The notes under the pieces are model-generated. The model made no database searches. It was not told where the DNA came from and saw nothing but the letters and a program-made list of their open reading frames with translations. A stretch of 64,000 bases of DNA from a bacterium (GTDB lineage: Bacteria > Actinomycetota > Coriobacteriia > Coriobacteriales > Eggerthellaceae), in NCBI GenBank assembly GCA_963621885.1, contig CAVFFT010000004.1:12-64011 (forward strand). Direction: 5' to 3'. Every line of letters begins with the position of its first letter. Position 1 is the first letter of the stretch. Shown one piece after another: positions 28,419 to 37,168 of the stretch. Position numbers and translations under genes: made by a program.

Positions 28419-31400
28419 ATGAAGCAATCGCAAGGTTTTTCCGAAAACACGAAAAGGCAAAACAGGTACGCTGCGGCAATTTCTGCCATGATCGCTTTCA
28501 GCATCACGGCTGGGGCGGTTGCAGCAACGCCCGCTTACGCAGACGAAGGAGACGACGCTGCGCAAGTGAAGACCGTTCAGGTGGAGCAGAAGGCTGCGCC
28601 TGAAACAAACGTACAGAAAGAGGCTGCCGCAGAACAGCCGAGTTCAGCACCGCAAAGTGTTTCTGAAGCGCCTGCGGCTCCCGCTCCCGCACCCGCTGCT
28701 GAGAGCGGAAGCACGTCTGGAACTTCCGCATCGACATCTTCTGCTGAAGCACCACCAGCCGAGAACGGAGGTGAGAACACCAGCAGCGTAACCGAAACCC
28801 CCGAAGGAGAGACGGGCGGAACGAATTGTTCGGCGACTGACTCTGAGAGTGCCGCCGGGAGTAGTTCGAACGAATCCGGCTCTGAAGGCACGGGTACCAA
28901 ATCCGGCACCGAAGGCGGCGGTAGCGCTGTCGAAACAGCGACCAACAATTCTGTTGTTGATGAATCTACGCCCGACTCATCCGCAACGCCCACGCTAGCA
29001 AATGCCAACACGAATGGAACCTTGCAGGAAACAAGCCCAAGCTTGAACAACCCCGCGCCTGCAGTGGCAAATGTCGTGCGCAATAGGACTACGGGCGCTA
29101 CGTATCAAAATCTCTCAGCTGCTATCTCTAATGCAAACACCAATGACATTTTGGACGTTAGCGGCTCTATTACTGAAGAAGCATCTTCTTTCATTAAAAA
29201 GAACAAGACGATCACGATCATTAGCACAAATGGCGGTGTGATCAATTTCAGCGGTGGAAAAGGCATCCTTGTTTACGGTGGCGTTCTCATTCTTGGTGAC
29301 GGTTCGGCCACTGGAAAAGGCCTTACCCTTATCAAGTCGAACGGCAATATTCAGCTCATAGATGTCGAAGAAGGCGGCAAGCTCATTGTCAACGATGGCG
29401 CGACTATTGATACGACTGGCAATAAATCTTCTGACGCGATAACCGTTGGGTTGTATAAGAGCTCGAAGAAAGGTTCGCCGAAAGCAAGCTATGAAGGCAA
29501 TGGCGGTGTGGTCAAGGGTGGACAGGTAAATTTGGGCGAATATAGTTCCAACTCCACCATCTCTGGCGGCATCTACACAAATGCTAATGGGGTATGCGCA
29601 GTCTACGTTGAGGGGCAAGTCAAAGTAATATCTGGTGGTTCCTTTACCGCAGGTTACGATGGCCTCGCCAACCTGGGAACCATAGACCTCATCAGTGGAG
29701 GCGCCTTTGCCGCTGACTACGATAAGGAGAAAGTTAAGGTTCCTCAGGATTCACTCTTGCTTGCTCAAATGCCGGCAGGCTTGCTTAACCTAGGAACAAT
29801 CAAATCCATTTCTGGTGGTAATTTCACCGGCGAAGGCAATAGCGACGCTTGCGGTTTGCTTAATGGATTTGTTTTCCTTCCGATACTGGAAGCCTACCAG
29901 GCTTATCCCTCCTCTATCAAGGGGATTACCGGAGGTACGTTCACCGGTACGGGATATGGCATTTACAATTCGTTGAGCAAAAATAAGAAGGGTTTCTCTG
30001 TAAAAACGAAAGATGCCAAGATCGACTCCATCAGCAACGTCACCGCCACAGGGACGACCTATTGCGGACTCGAGAATCATGGTACCGTTACCGAAATATC
30101 CAATTCGACGTTTGTCGGATGCTGCGCAGGTGTCCACAACCGAGCGGAAGGAGTTATCTCCAAACTTGTGTCGGGAACCTACTACGGATTTGGCGGCTCA
30201 AAGTTTTTCCCCTACGGCTATGGTTATCGGAATGAATCCAAGACTGCCACCAAGATTGAACCCGACCTTACCTCTGGTAATGGCATTGGGCGTTATTGGG
30301 GCGGAATAGGCTTCGAAACTTCTGAGGCTCTAGAGTCGCCCGTGCGCATTAGCGACGGAAAGGAACAGATTCTCTACACGACTGCCATTTATGGCAAAGT
30401 CATTCTTCCGAAGGGCTATCGTCTCACGACTGCCAGTGAACATAAGCTCCCGAGCTTGCGTGGCAAAATCGACACGTATACCGGAAATAACTTCCGTTAT
30501 CTGAAGGCCCTTCAGTCGCTTAGCTATAACGGGAATGGTGGTACCGGCACGGTTGCCTCGCAAACCGAAACGACTGGCGGCGAAAGTCTCAAGGTTGCCC
30601 AGAATGGGTTCACACGCCCAGGGTACAAGTTCACGGGCTGGAATACCGCGGCAGACGGAACAGGGACGGCCTACATCCCTTATATCAGCGGCGAACCGAC
30701 CAGCTCCAACTCGATTGTCCTCGTCAATGATACGGTTCTCTATGCGCAATGGGCACCCTACGTGCTGAGCTATGACAAGAATGCAGGCGCCGCAACAGGC
30801 AAGATGGACAACAGCGTACCCGCCAAGGACGATGCAACTGGCCAAGTCACAGTATCCGCTAATGCATTTGAGCTGCCGGGCTGGAAGTTCGCAGGCTGGA
30901 ACACCAAGGCCAACGGAGCGGGAACGTCCTATGGCGCCAACACGAAGCTTGTGCTTACAGATGACCTCAAGCTCTATGCGCAATGGGCACCCTATGTGCT
31001 GAGCTACGACAAAAACGCCGAGACAGCGGAAGGCAAGATGGAAAATAGCTTGCCTATCTCCAAGGATGACCCGGCCGTCTTCATCTCTGATTGTGGGTTC
31101 AGTCGATTGGGCTATATGTTTACTGGTTGGAAGGATGTTAACGGTAACTCCTATATCCCTGGATCGCCGCGGCTCCTTTGTGATGATCTGACGATCTATG
31201 CCCAATGGGAGCCTTTCAAGCTGCATTACAACAAGAATGCCGATGACGCGACCGGCAAAATGACACCGAGTATTCCTGCGTCTGAAGACGATCCGTATGC
31301 CCTTATTTTCATTGCGGAAAACGGCTTCACGCGTGATGGCTATAAGTTCATCGGATGGAACACTGACCCCAATGGTGAGGGCGGCTCCTTCATGCCCGGC

Positions 31401-31676
31401 ATGGATTTGATGCTTTCCGAGATGGAAATGACGCTCTTCGCCCAGTGGGAGAAGATCGCCGAAGATGACAGTGACGACCCCATCAATGTCGTGCCGGCTG
31501 ACAACGACAAGAAGGTTGTGAAGAAGGCGAAGGCCGAGGCTACCCCAGCAGTGGCCGCTGAAGAGGCCATCCCCAAGACTGGCGATGAAGCAACGCCGTT
31601 CGGTGCTGCTATTCTCGCAATCGCTTCGTTGCTGGCGGGATTCTTCGCCCGCTTTAGGAGCCGCAAGTCCGAGTAA
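28419..31676 (+). CDS. Paralogous sortase-anchored surface protein with the same architecture but 4 B-repeats
   Basis: Track ORF 28395..31676; ATG 28419. Signal NRYAAAISAMIAFSITAGAVAATPAYA. Solenoid-like I[ST]GG.F periodicity. Four ...[YF]AQW[AE] units. IPKTGD plus TM plus RFRSRK. Confidence 0.85.
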   Translation: MKQSQGFSENTKRQNRYAAAISAMIAFSITAGAVAATPAYADEGDDAAQVKTVQVEQKAAPETNVQKEAAAEQPSSAPQSVSEAPAAPAPAPAAESGSTSGTSASTSSAEAPPAENGGENTSSVTETPEGETGGTNCSATDSESAAGSSSNESGSEGTGTKSGTEGGGSAVETATNNSVVDESTPDSSATPTLANANTNGTLQETSPSLNNPAPAVANVVRNRTTGATYQNLSAAISNANTNDILDVSGSITEEASSFIKKNKTITIISTNGGVINFSGGKGILVYGGVLILGDGSATGKGLTLIKSNGNIQLIDVEEGGKLIVNDGATIDTTGNKSSDAITVGLYKSSKKGSPKASYEGNGGVVKGGQVNLGEYSSNSTISGGIYTNANGVCAVYVEGQVKVISGGSFTAGYDGLANLGTIDLISGGAFAADYDKEKVKVPQDSLLLAQMPAGLLNLGTIKSISGGNFTGEGNSDACGLLNGFVFLPILEAYQAYPSSIKGITGGTFTGTGYGIYNSLSKNKKGFSVKTKDAKIDSISNVTATGTTYCGLENHGTVTEISNSTFVGCCAGVHNRAEGVISKLVSGTYYGFGGSKFFPYGYGYRNESKTATKIEPDLTSGNGIGRYWGGIGFETSEALESPVRISDGKEQILYTTAIYGKVILPKGYRLTTASEHKLPSLRGKIDTYTGNNFRYLKALQSLSYNGNGGTGTVASQTETTGGESLKVAQNGFTRPGYKFTGWNTAADGTGTAYIPYISGEPTSSNSIVLVNDTVLYAQWAPYVLSYDKNAGAATGKMDNSVPAKDDATGQVTVSANAFELPGWKFAGWNTKANGAGTSYGANTKLVLTDDLKLYAQWAPYVLSYDKNAETAEGKMENSLPISKDDPAVFISDCGFSRLGYMFTGWKDVNGNSYIPGSPRLLCDDLTIYAQWEPFKLHYNKNADDATGKMTPSIPASEDDPYALIFIAENGFTRDGYKFIGWNTDPNGEGGSFMPGMDLMLSEMEMTLFAQWEKIAEDDSDDPINVVPADNDKKVVKKAKAEATPAVAAEEAIPKTGDEATPFGAAILAIASLLAGFFARFRSRKSE
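30519..31451 (+). repeat. Four tandem B-repeat coding units inside surface protein 2
   Basis: Units end in LYAQWAPYVLSYDKNA (twice), IYAQWEPFKLHYN and LFAQWEK. Confidence 0.8.
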
Positions 31677-31717
31677 ACGCTTGCACGCTAGCTTCAAAGC
31701 AGCTTGAGTCCTAAAAT

Positions 31718-31753
31718 GAGAAGAGCCCGGTTTCGGGCTCTTCTCTTGTTCTT
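31718..31753. terminator. Bidirectional terminator between surface protein 2 and the antiporter gene
   Basis: 12-bp stem gagaagagcccg/cgggctcttctc with gttt loop; T-rich on the + side, A-rich before it. Confidence 0.7.
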
Positions 31754-31836
31754 ATGACTCCTGCCGTCGCTCGCGCGGGCAGCAATTTCAGCGGCAACAC
31801 CCACGCCACTCTCAAAACGCCCGTCACAGATGCATT

Positions 31837-33894
31837 CTAAATACGATTCTCCAGGTCGAGCTGCATGAGGTAGACATTCTGGCGCAGCAGCCTCATGAGC
31901 TCACGCGAGATCGTGCCGTTCTCATACAAGCGCTGAATCTCGTCGAGCTCCATGTAGTAGCCCTTGCGCATGATGTCCTCGGTGCTGTCGTAAGTCTCCG
32001 CAATGAAGGTAATCAGCGGGCGCCGTCTTTCGAGTGAATCAAGGTTGTTCGCGTGCTCGCCGTAAACGACATTTACGATCTCGGGCGGATACTTGGCGTC
32101 CTTGCTGTCGCGCAAACGCGCAAGATAATCGAGCGTGTCGCGCTCCATCGCAATACGCATCTCGCGATGATGCGATTCGTTCTCATCCTTATCCACGCCG
32201 GGCAGCGACTCGCGCAGTAGCGAGGTGGTGGCGCGCAAGGTAATGACAATACGCCGCAAGAAACGGTGGAGTCTCAATCGCGTCTCTTGCTTGCTGGAGA
32301 GCAGCTGTTTCTGTTGTGAGAGCGAATGGATAAGGCGGTAAGCGACAGCGGGGTCCGCACCTTCTTTGTCGACCATTCTCGTGACATAGTCGATTTGATG
32401 CTGAATTATCTTCGCCTTCAGTTCCTTTTCCTTCTCCTCATGGAGCTCCTCATCCATCTTGTCGGACTGCGACACAATGCGCTGGATGCGGCTGTTGTAC
32501 ATCGAAATCACGGCTTGCGTCGCATTGGCGGTATCCGCGTCCTGCTCGGCGGCAAGACGCTCTATAACGCGGCGCAAAACTTCAATCCGCAGCGGCGAGC
32601 TCTCCTCGAATTGCACGGCCAGGTCGCTCTTCTTTGGGGTGGGGGAGACCAAAGGAAGAACGAAGTTCGCCAAAAGCAGCGTGCAAAGAATAACGCCCGA
32701 GGCGACGAAAATGATGAGATCCCTGTTGGGGAAGCGATCGCCCGACGCGACGAGATAGGGTATCGAAAGGATGATAGACAGCGTGACCGCACCCTTCGGG
32801 CCGCCGATGGTGAGGGCGACGCAGCTCAGGATGCGCTTCTTGTTCAGAGGGCTGCGCTTATTTGTCACCGGGTTGCGATGCAGGCGCTCCATAAGCACGA
32901 TCCAGCCGAATCGCACCGCTACAATGACGACGGTTATCAAGATAACGAGGCTGATCAGGAACGCGTTGTTGATGTAGGTGAGTTCCCAGGTCGTATTGAA
33001 GGCAGCGGGCAGCTCGAGGCCCAAAATGACGAACACGATGCCATTCAGCACAAAGGAGATGATCTTCCAGACATTGTCCTGGTGAATTTTCATTTGTGAA
33101 ATCGAGGGCCCCATGAAACGGTCTGTGAAGCTGCTCACCAGCAAGCCGCAAGCTACGACCGCAAGAATGCCGCTGACGTGAATCTTTTCGGAAATGAGGT
33201 AAACCGCAAACGGTGCGATGATGTCGAGAAGCGAGTAAAAGGTCAGCGATTCAAGGCCAAAGTCGCGGACCTTTCGCTCGATGAGACACATCAGGATGGC
33301 GATCACGATGCCGAGGAAAATGCCCCCAAAGAACTCGATTGCGAAATCGAAAATCGCGCTCTGCCAGGAATAGAAGCCGGTGACCGCCGCGGCGACCGCA
33401 AACTGAAAGGCCACGACGCCGGATGCGTCGTTCAAGAGGCATTCGCCGTTCAGGAGCGCGTTTTCGCGGCGCGTAAGCTTCACTTCCTTCTTGAGCGAGC
33501 TTACTGCGACCGCGTCGGTCGGGCCAAGAGCGGCACCGAGAGCGAAAGCGGCGGCAAGCGGAATGGAGGGCACAAGGAAATTAAGCGTGAAGCCGACGAT
33601 GAGCATGATGGCGACTACCAGGCCGATAGCGAGCGACAGCACGCTGGTGCGATGACGCCAGAGCGAGGTGCGATCGGATTCTCGCGCCTCGTTGTAAAGC
33701 AGTGGCGCGATGAAGAACAACAGGAAGATGTCAGGTGAAATATCGAGCGTTATCGGACTCCATGAGAAGAGCGCGATGATGACGCCAAGCCCAATCTGAA
33801 TGAGCGGCATGGACACGCGAGGAATGAGTTCATCAAGAATAACGGACACGAGCACTGCAGATGATGCCAAGAGAATGAATTGCAGCGTTGCCAA
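31837..33894 (-). CDS. Na+/H+ antiporter (CPA1/NhaP-type) with long C-terminal cytoplasmic domain
   Basis: 685 aa. N-terminal roughly 420 aa polytopic (…FFIAPLLYNEA…, GAALGPTDAVAV), C-terminal helical soluble region. Confidence 0.85.
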   Translation of the reverse strand: MATLQFILLASSAVLVSVILDELIPRVSMPLIQIGLGVIIALFSWSPITLDISPDIFLLFFIAPLLYNEARESDRTSLWRHRTSVLSLAIGLVVAIMLIVGFTLNFLVPSIPLAAAFALGAALGPTDAVAVSSLKKEVKLTRRENALLNGECLLNDASGVVAFQFAVAAAVTGFYSWQSAIFDFAIEFFGGIFLGIVIAILMCLIERKVRDFGLESLTFYSLLDIIAPFAVYLISEKIHVSGILAVVACGLLVSSFTDRFMGPSISQMKIHQDNVWKIISFVLNGIVFVILGLELPAAFNTTWELTYINNAFLISLVILITVVIVAVRFGWIVLMERLHRNPVTNKRSPLNKKRILSCVALTIGGPKGAVTLSIILSIPYLVASGDRFPNRDLIIFVASGVILCTLLLANFVLPLVSPTPKKSDLAVQFEESSPLRIEVLRRVIERLAAEQDADTANATQAVISMYNSRIQRIVSQSDKMDEELHEEKEKELKAKIIQHQIDYVTRMVDKEGADPAVAYRLIHSLSQQKQLLSSKQETRLRLHRFLRRIVITLRATTSLLRESLPGVDKDENESHHREMRIAMERDTLDYLARLRDSKDAKYPPEIVNVVYGEHANNLDSLERRRPLITFIAETYDSTEDIMRKGYYMELDEIQRLYENGTISRELMRLLRQNVYLMQLDLENRI

Positions 33895-34060
33895 GCGAGG
33901 ATTCCTTCACGGGTATGCGTTCAAACCTACTTATTTAAAATAACATGGATAAAAGCTTCTCTGTTAGAATTGCATGCTTTAATAGCTTCTGCTTATTTCA
34001 CGACGCGCATAGATTCGCTTTCGCTCCGTGCGCGCTTGGTTTTGAATAGACGGGACATAC

Positions 34061-35647
34061 ATGAGTAACTTTGATGAACTGGGATTATCTCCGGCGGTAT
34101 TGGATGCTGTCGCCGCGCTTGACTACGAAGAGCCTTCGCCGGTGCAAGAACAGGCGATACCGCTCATTTTGTCGGGACGTGACGTGGTCGCCGCGGCGAA
34201 GACGGGCACGGGAAAGACGGCTGCTTTCAGCCTGCCGGTCTTCAACCTGATGGAGCATGTGCACGCGAAGAAGGGCGAGGGTCCGTTCGCGCTTGTCGTC
34301 ACGCCGACGCGCGAGCTTGCGGAACAGATTGCGCGCGTGTGCAATGTCATTGCGAGGAAGACGAAGCATCGGGTCGTATGCCTGTACGGCGGCGTTTCGC
34401 TTGAGCCGCAGAAGGACAAGCTGCGCCGCGGTTGCGATATGGTGGTTTCCACACCGGGCCGTCTTTTGGACCTGATGGGACAGGGCGACCTTTCGCTTTC
34501 GCAAGTATCCACGCTTGTGCTTGACGAGGCGGACCGCATGCTTGACATGGGTTTTCTTCCCGATGTGAAGCGTATCGTGGCGAAGTGCCCGAAGGAACGC
34601 CAGACCCTGCTGTTCAGCGCGACGCTTGATGAGGGCATTCAGAGCAACCTGTCGAACCTTCTGAATGATCCGGCCTATGTCGAGGTCGACCACAAGGGCG
34701 AGGTCACGCGTCTTATTAAGCAATACCGCATCGATGTCGACCATCGTGCCAAGCAGAACCTGCTGCATGCCTTCCTATATGCGAAAGGCTCCGAGCGTGT
34801 CATCGTGTTCGCTCGCACCCGCTATCGCGTTGATGCCTGCGTCCGCAAATTGCGCAAGGAGGGTTTCAGCGCCCAGCCGATCCATTCCGACCGCTCTCAG
34901 GCGCAGCGCAAGAAGGCGCTCGAGTCGTTCGCGGTAGGGGATACCGATATCCTTGTGGCAACAGACGTCCTTGCTCGCGGCATTGATATCGAACGCGTGA
35001 ATTACGTTATCAACTTCGATATGCCAACAGAAGCTGAAGACTATGTGCACCGCATTGGGCGTACCGGCCGTGCGGGTGAAGACGGCATTGCCGTATCTTT
35101 CACCACGACGGACAACAAGCAGGTGCTGAAAGATATCGAGAAGCTCTTGGGCCACCCCCTTGAGGCGCTTGAGTTCCATTGGGAGGGCGGCGACAAGAGC
35201 GACGCCGCGTTGGCCTCCAAGGTGAATCGCACCGCCGCGCGAAAAGATCCCGAAATCGCCGAGGTCGTGCGCGCGCAGAAGGTGAAGAACCGCCAGAAGC
35301 GCAACAAGGCTGCCAAGCAGCATGAAGCATCCGAGGCCCGCGATGCGGCCGCCAAATCGCGAAAGACACGCGGGAAGAACGCTCCCGCCGAACAGGACGA
35401 AGAACGCCAGACGTCGCGGAAGCGTTCTGGTGGCGCGCGCAACACCAAGAGCAAGAATGCCCGCAGAGGCAGTCAGGATGCGAATAAGAAAGGTCGTAGC
35501 GGCGCCTTAAGCTCAAGCAAGAACGGTCGCGCGGACAAGACTGGACGTGCCAATAAAGCGGCGGGGAAGAAACGAGCAGGCGGCTTCGCCGGCGATGTGC
35601 GTCCGGGTCGCAGCCAGCGCCGCGATTCCCGAAGCCGTCATGCGTGA
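34061..35647 (+). CDS. DEAD-box ATP-dependent RNA helicase with Arg/Lys-rich C-terminal tail
   Basis: Motifs AAKTGTGKT, PTRELA, VLDEADRMLDMGF, SAT, HRIGRTGRAG; the last roughly 150 aa are basic low complexity. Confidence 0.9.
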   Translation: MSNFDELGLSPAVLDAVAALDYEEPSPVQEQAIPLILSGRDVVAAAKTGTGKTAAFSLPVFNLMEHVHAKKGEGPFALVVTPTRELAEQIARVCNVIARKTKHRVVCLYGGVSLEPQKDKLRRGCDMVVSTPGRLLDLMGQGDLSLSQVSTLVLDEADRMLDMGFLPDVKRIVAKCPKERQTLLFSATLDEGIQSNLSNLLNDPAYVEVDHKGEVTRLIKQYRIDVDHRAKQNLLHAFLYAKGSERVIVFARTRYRVDACVRKLRKEGFSAQPIHSDRSQAQRKKALESFAVGDTDILVATDVLARGIDIERVNYVINFDMPTEAEDYVHRIGRTGRAGEDGIAVSFTTTDNKQVLKDIEKLLGHPLEALEFHWEGGDKSDAALASKVNRTAARKDPEIAEVVRAQKVKNRQKRNKAAKQHEASEARDAAAKSRKTRGKNAPAEQDEERQTSRKRSGGARNTKSKNARRGSQDANKKGRSGALSSSKNGRADKTGRANKAAGKKRAGGFAGDVRPGRSQRRDSRSRHA

Positions 35648-35819
35648 TAGTGCGGCTCAAATCGACTGAGAGCCAGCGATCGGGCAATACCGCCTAAACC
35701 AGCAATTGGCGATACCGCCTCGGCAATCTTCCTGACGACGCTTAAAACCGCCGGGACACGCAATCCGAGCACAGCGGCGCTGAAAGTGCGCGTGGGCCTT
35801 CAGTTCAAGCCTTCAACAA

Positions 35820-35871
35820 GCCCTCATAAGAGAACCCTAGTTTTGGTCACTTTATGAGGGCGAGTTTTTTC
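35820..35871 (+). terminator. Terminator after the helicase gene
   Basis: gccctcataa-N22-ttatgagggc followed by GAGTTTTTT. Confidence 0.7.
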
Positions 35872-35900
35872 TTGCGCAGAGGTCATCAAGCGGGTATAGT
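35872..35900 (+). promoter_or_regulatory. Candidate promoter of tRNA-His
   Basis: TTGCGC-17 nt-TATAGT, 15 nt upstream of the tRNA. Confidence 0.45.
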
Positions 35901-35915
35901 ATCCACTTGCGCTAC

Positions 35916-35993
35916 GGTGGGTATAGTTCAGTTGGCTAGAACGCCAGATTGTGGCTCTGGAGGTCGTCGGTTCGAGTCCGATTACCCACCCCA
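35916..35993 (+). tRNA. tRNA-His (anticodon GTG)
   Basis: Extra 5' G(-1), acceptor GTGGGTA/TACCCAC, anticodon arm CCAGA-TTGTGGC-TCTGG, encoded CCA. Confidence 0.9.
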
Positions 35994-36012
35994 GGCGCTC
36001 GAAAAAAAGTTC

Positions 36013-36041
36013 TTGCATTCCTTGCGAGTCTCGCTTAGAAT
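36013..36041 (+). promoter_or_regulatory. Candidate promoter of tRNA-Lys
   Basis: TTGCAT-17 nt-TAGAAT. Confidence 0.5.
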
Positions 36042-36076
36042 AGCAAAGCGCTTTTTGCGAAAGACATATTTACCAT

Positions 36077-36152
36077 GGACCGGTAGCTTAGTTGGTAGAG
36101 CAGGGGACTCTTAATCCCAAGGTCCGGGGTTCGAGTCCCCGCCGGTCCACCA
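36077..36152 (+). tRNA. tRNA-Lys (anticodon CTT)
   Basis: Acceptor GGACCGG/CCGGTCC, anticodon loop CTCTTAA, T-arm CGGGG-TTCGAGT-CCCCG, encoded CCA. Confidence 0.9.
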
Positions 36153-36161
36153 TGAAATTCC

Positions 36162-36181
36162 AAGCCCGCAAGGGCTTTTTT
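36162..36181 (+). terminator. Short terminator after tRNA-Lys
   Basis: aagccc-gcaa-gggctt followed by TTTT. Confidence 0.55.
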
Positions 36182-36317
36182 CATATATCGACACTTTTCG
36201 CAAGCCCTTTGCCTTGAGCCTTCGCGCAACGAAATCGAAGCGGTTATGACTTGCAAGAGCGTTTTGGTATCATGACTAGGCTCTCATTTGAAATACTCGA
36301 ATGATGAGCAAGCATAT

Positions 36318-36401
36318 GCGGGCGTGGCGGAATTGGCAGACGCGCCAGATTTAGGTTCTGGTGGGATACCCGTGAAGGTTCAAGTCCTTTCGCCCGCACC
36401 A
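36318..36401 (+). tRNA. tRNA-Leu (anticodon TAG)
   Basis: Acceptor GCGGGCG/CGCCCGC, anticodon arm CCAGA-TTTAGGT-TCTGG, long variable arm, encoded CCA. Confidence 0.9.
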
Positions 36402-36495
36402 GATTTCACGGGCCAGACTCGCATCTGGCCCTTCCCGTCGTCAAAGCGACACGAGTCAGGAACATGCAGCTGCAGAATTGCGAAGAGGTAACGCA

Positions 36496-36945
36496 ATGAT
36501 GGAGAACAATTTGAAGGCGCTTCTCGAAGAACGCGAATTGAGCATTTCCGAACTGGCGCGACAAACGGATATCGCGCCCTCAACGCTGAATCGAATCGTG
36601 AACGGCAAGGTGAACATCGACTCGATCAGCGTGGTCCATTTTCTCAAGCTTGCACATGGCCTGGGCCTTACCGTCGAGCAGCTCTATTACGGCGACATGA
36701 ATTACGAGGCGAACAAACACCTGATAGACCGCGCTTATACGCTCACTTCGACTGAGGGACGCCGCGCGATGGTGGCGAATGCCATTGGCGTAGCGCGCGC
36801 TTACGGCCCCTCTTGTGAGTCGGAGCTCCCTTCGATACGCAATTGCGGTTCCTCTTGCGAGTCCGCATTGCCTCCGATGCGTGATTACGGGTCCTCTTGC
36901 GGTTCCGAGCTGCCCCCGGCGCGCGAATTTGTCGGGATTATCTAA
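36496..36945 (+). CDS. XRE-family helix-turn-helix regulator with a triplicated Cys-containing C-terminal repeat
   Basis: Track ORF 36478..36945; ATG 36496 follows AAGAGG. HTH LSISELARQTDIAPSTLNRIVNGK. C-terminus GPSCESELPSIRNC / GSSCESALPPMRDY / GSSCGSELPPAREF. Confidence 0.75.
   Translation: MMENNLKALLEERELSISELARQTDIAPSTLNRIVNGKVNIDSISVVHFLKLAHGLGLTVEQLYYGDMNYEANKHLIDRAYTLTSTEGRRAMVANAIGVARAYGPSCESELPSIRNCGSSCESALPPMRDYGSSCGSELPPAREFVGII
36805..36930 (+). repeat. Three tandem 42-bp coding repeats within the XRE gene
   Basis: Units at 36805-36846, 36847-36888 and 36889-36930, all starting gg.{1,2}cctcttg[tc]g. Confidence 0.8.
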
Positions 36946-36955
36946 ATCGCCACAC

Positions 36956-37001
36956 ACAACTGGTGCTATTCCGCGGGGCGCAGCAGCCGACAACTGGCGC
37001 T
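36956..37001. promoter_or_regulatory. Direct repeat pair between the XRE gene and echA (candidate operator half-sites)
   Basis: acaactggtgct (36956-36967) and acaactggcgct (36990-37001): 11 of 12 identical, 34-nt spacing. Confidence 0.3.
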
Positions 37002-37168
37002 AACAAGCGACGAACGGCAGGCTCGTCTCCGTTTGTCGGGTAAATGACCTCCGCCGAACGATACGCCCCGCGGCATCCCTTCCTCATACGTAAAGTAAGG
37101 CTGTCAGGCGCTAATGGAGATGGCGTCGAACGTCATGAAATGCGCCATATGGGAGAAAGGGGATACGT

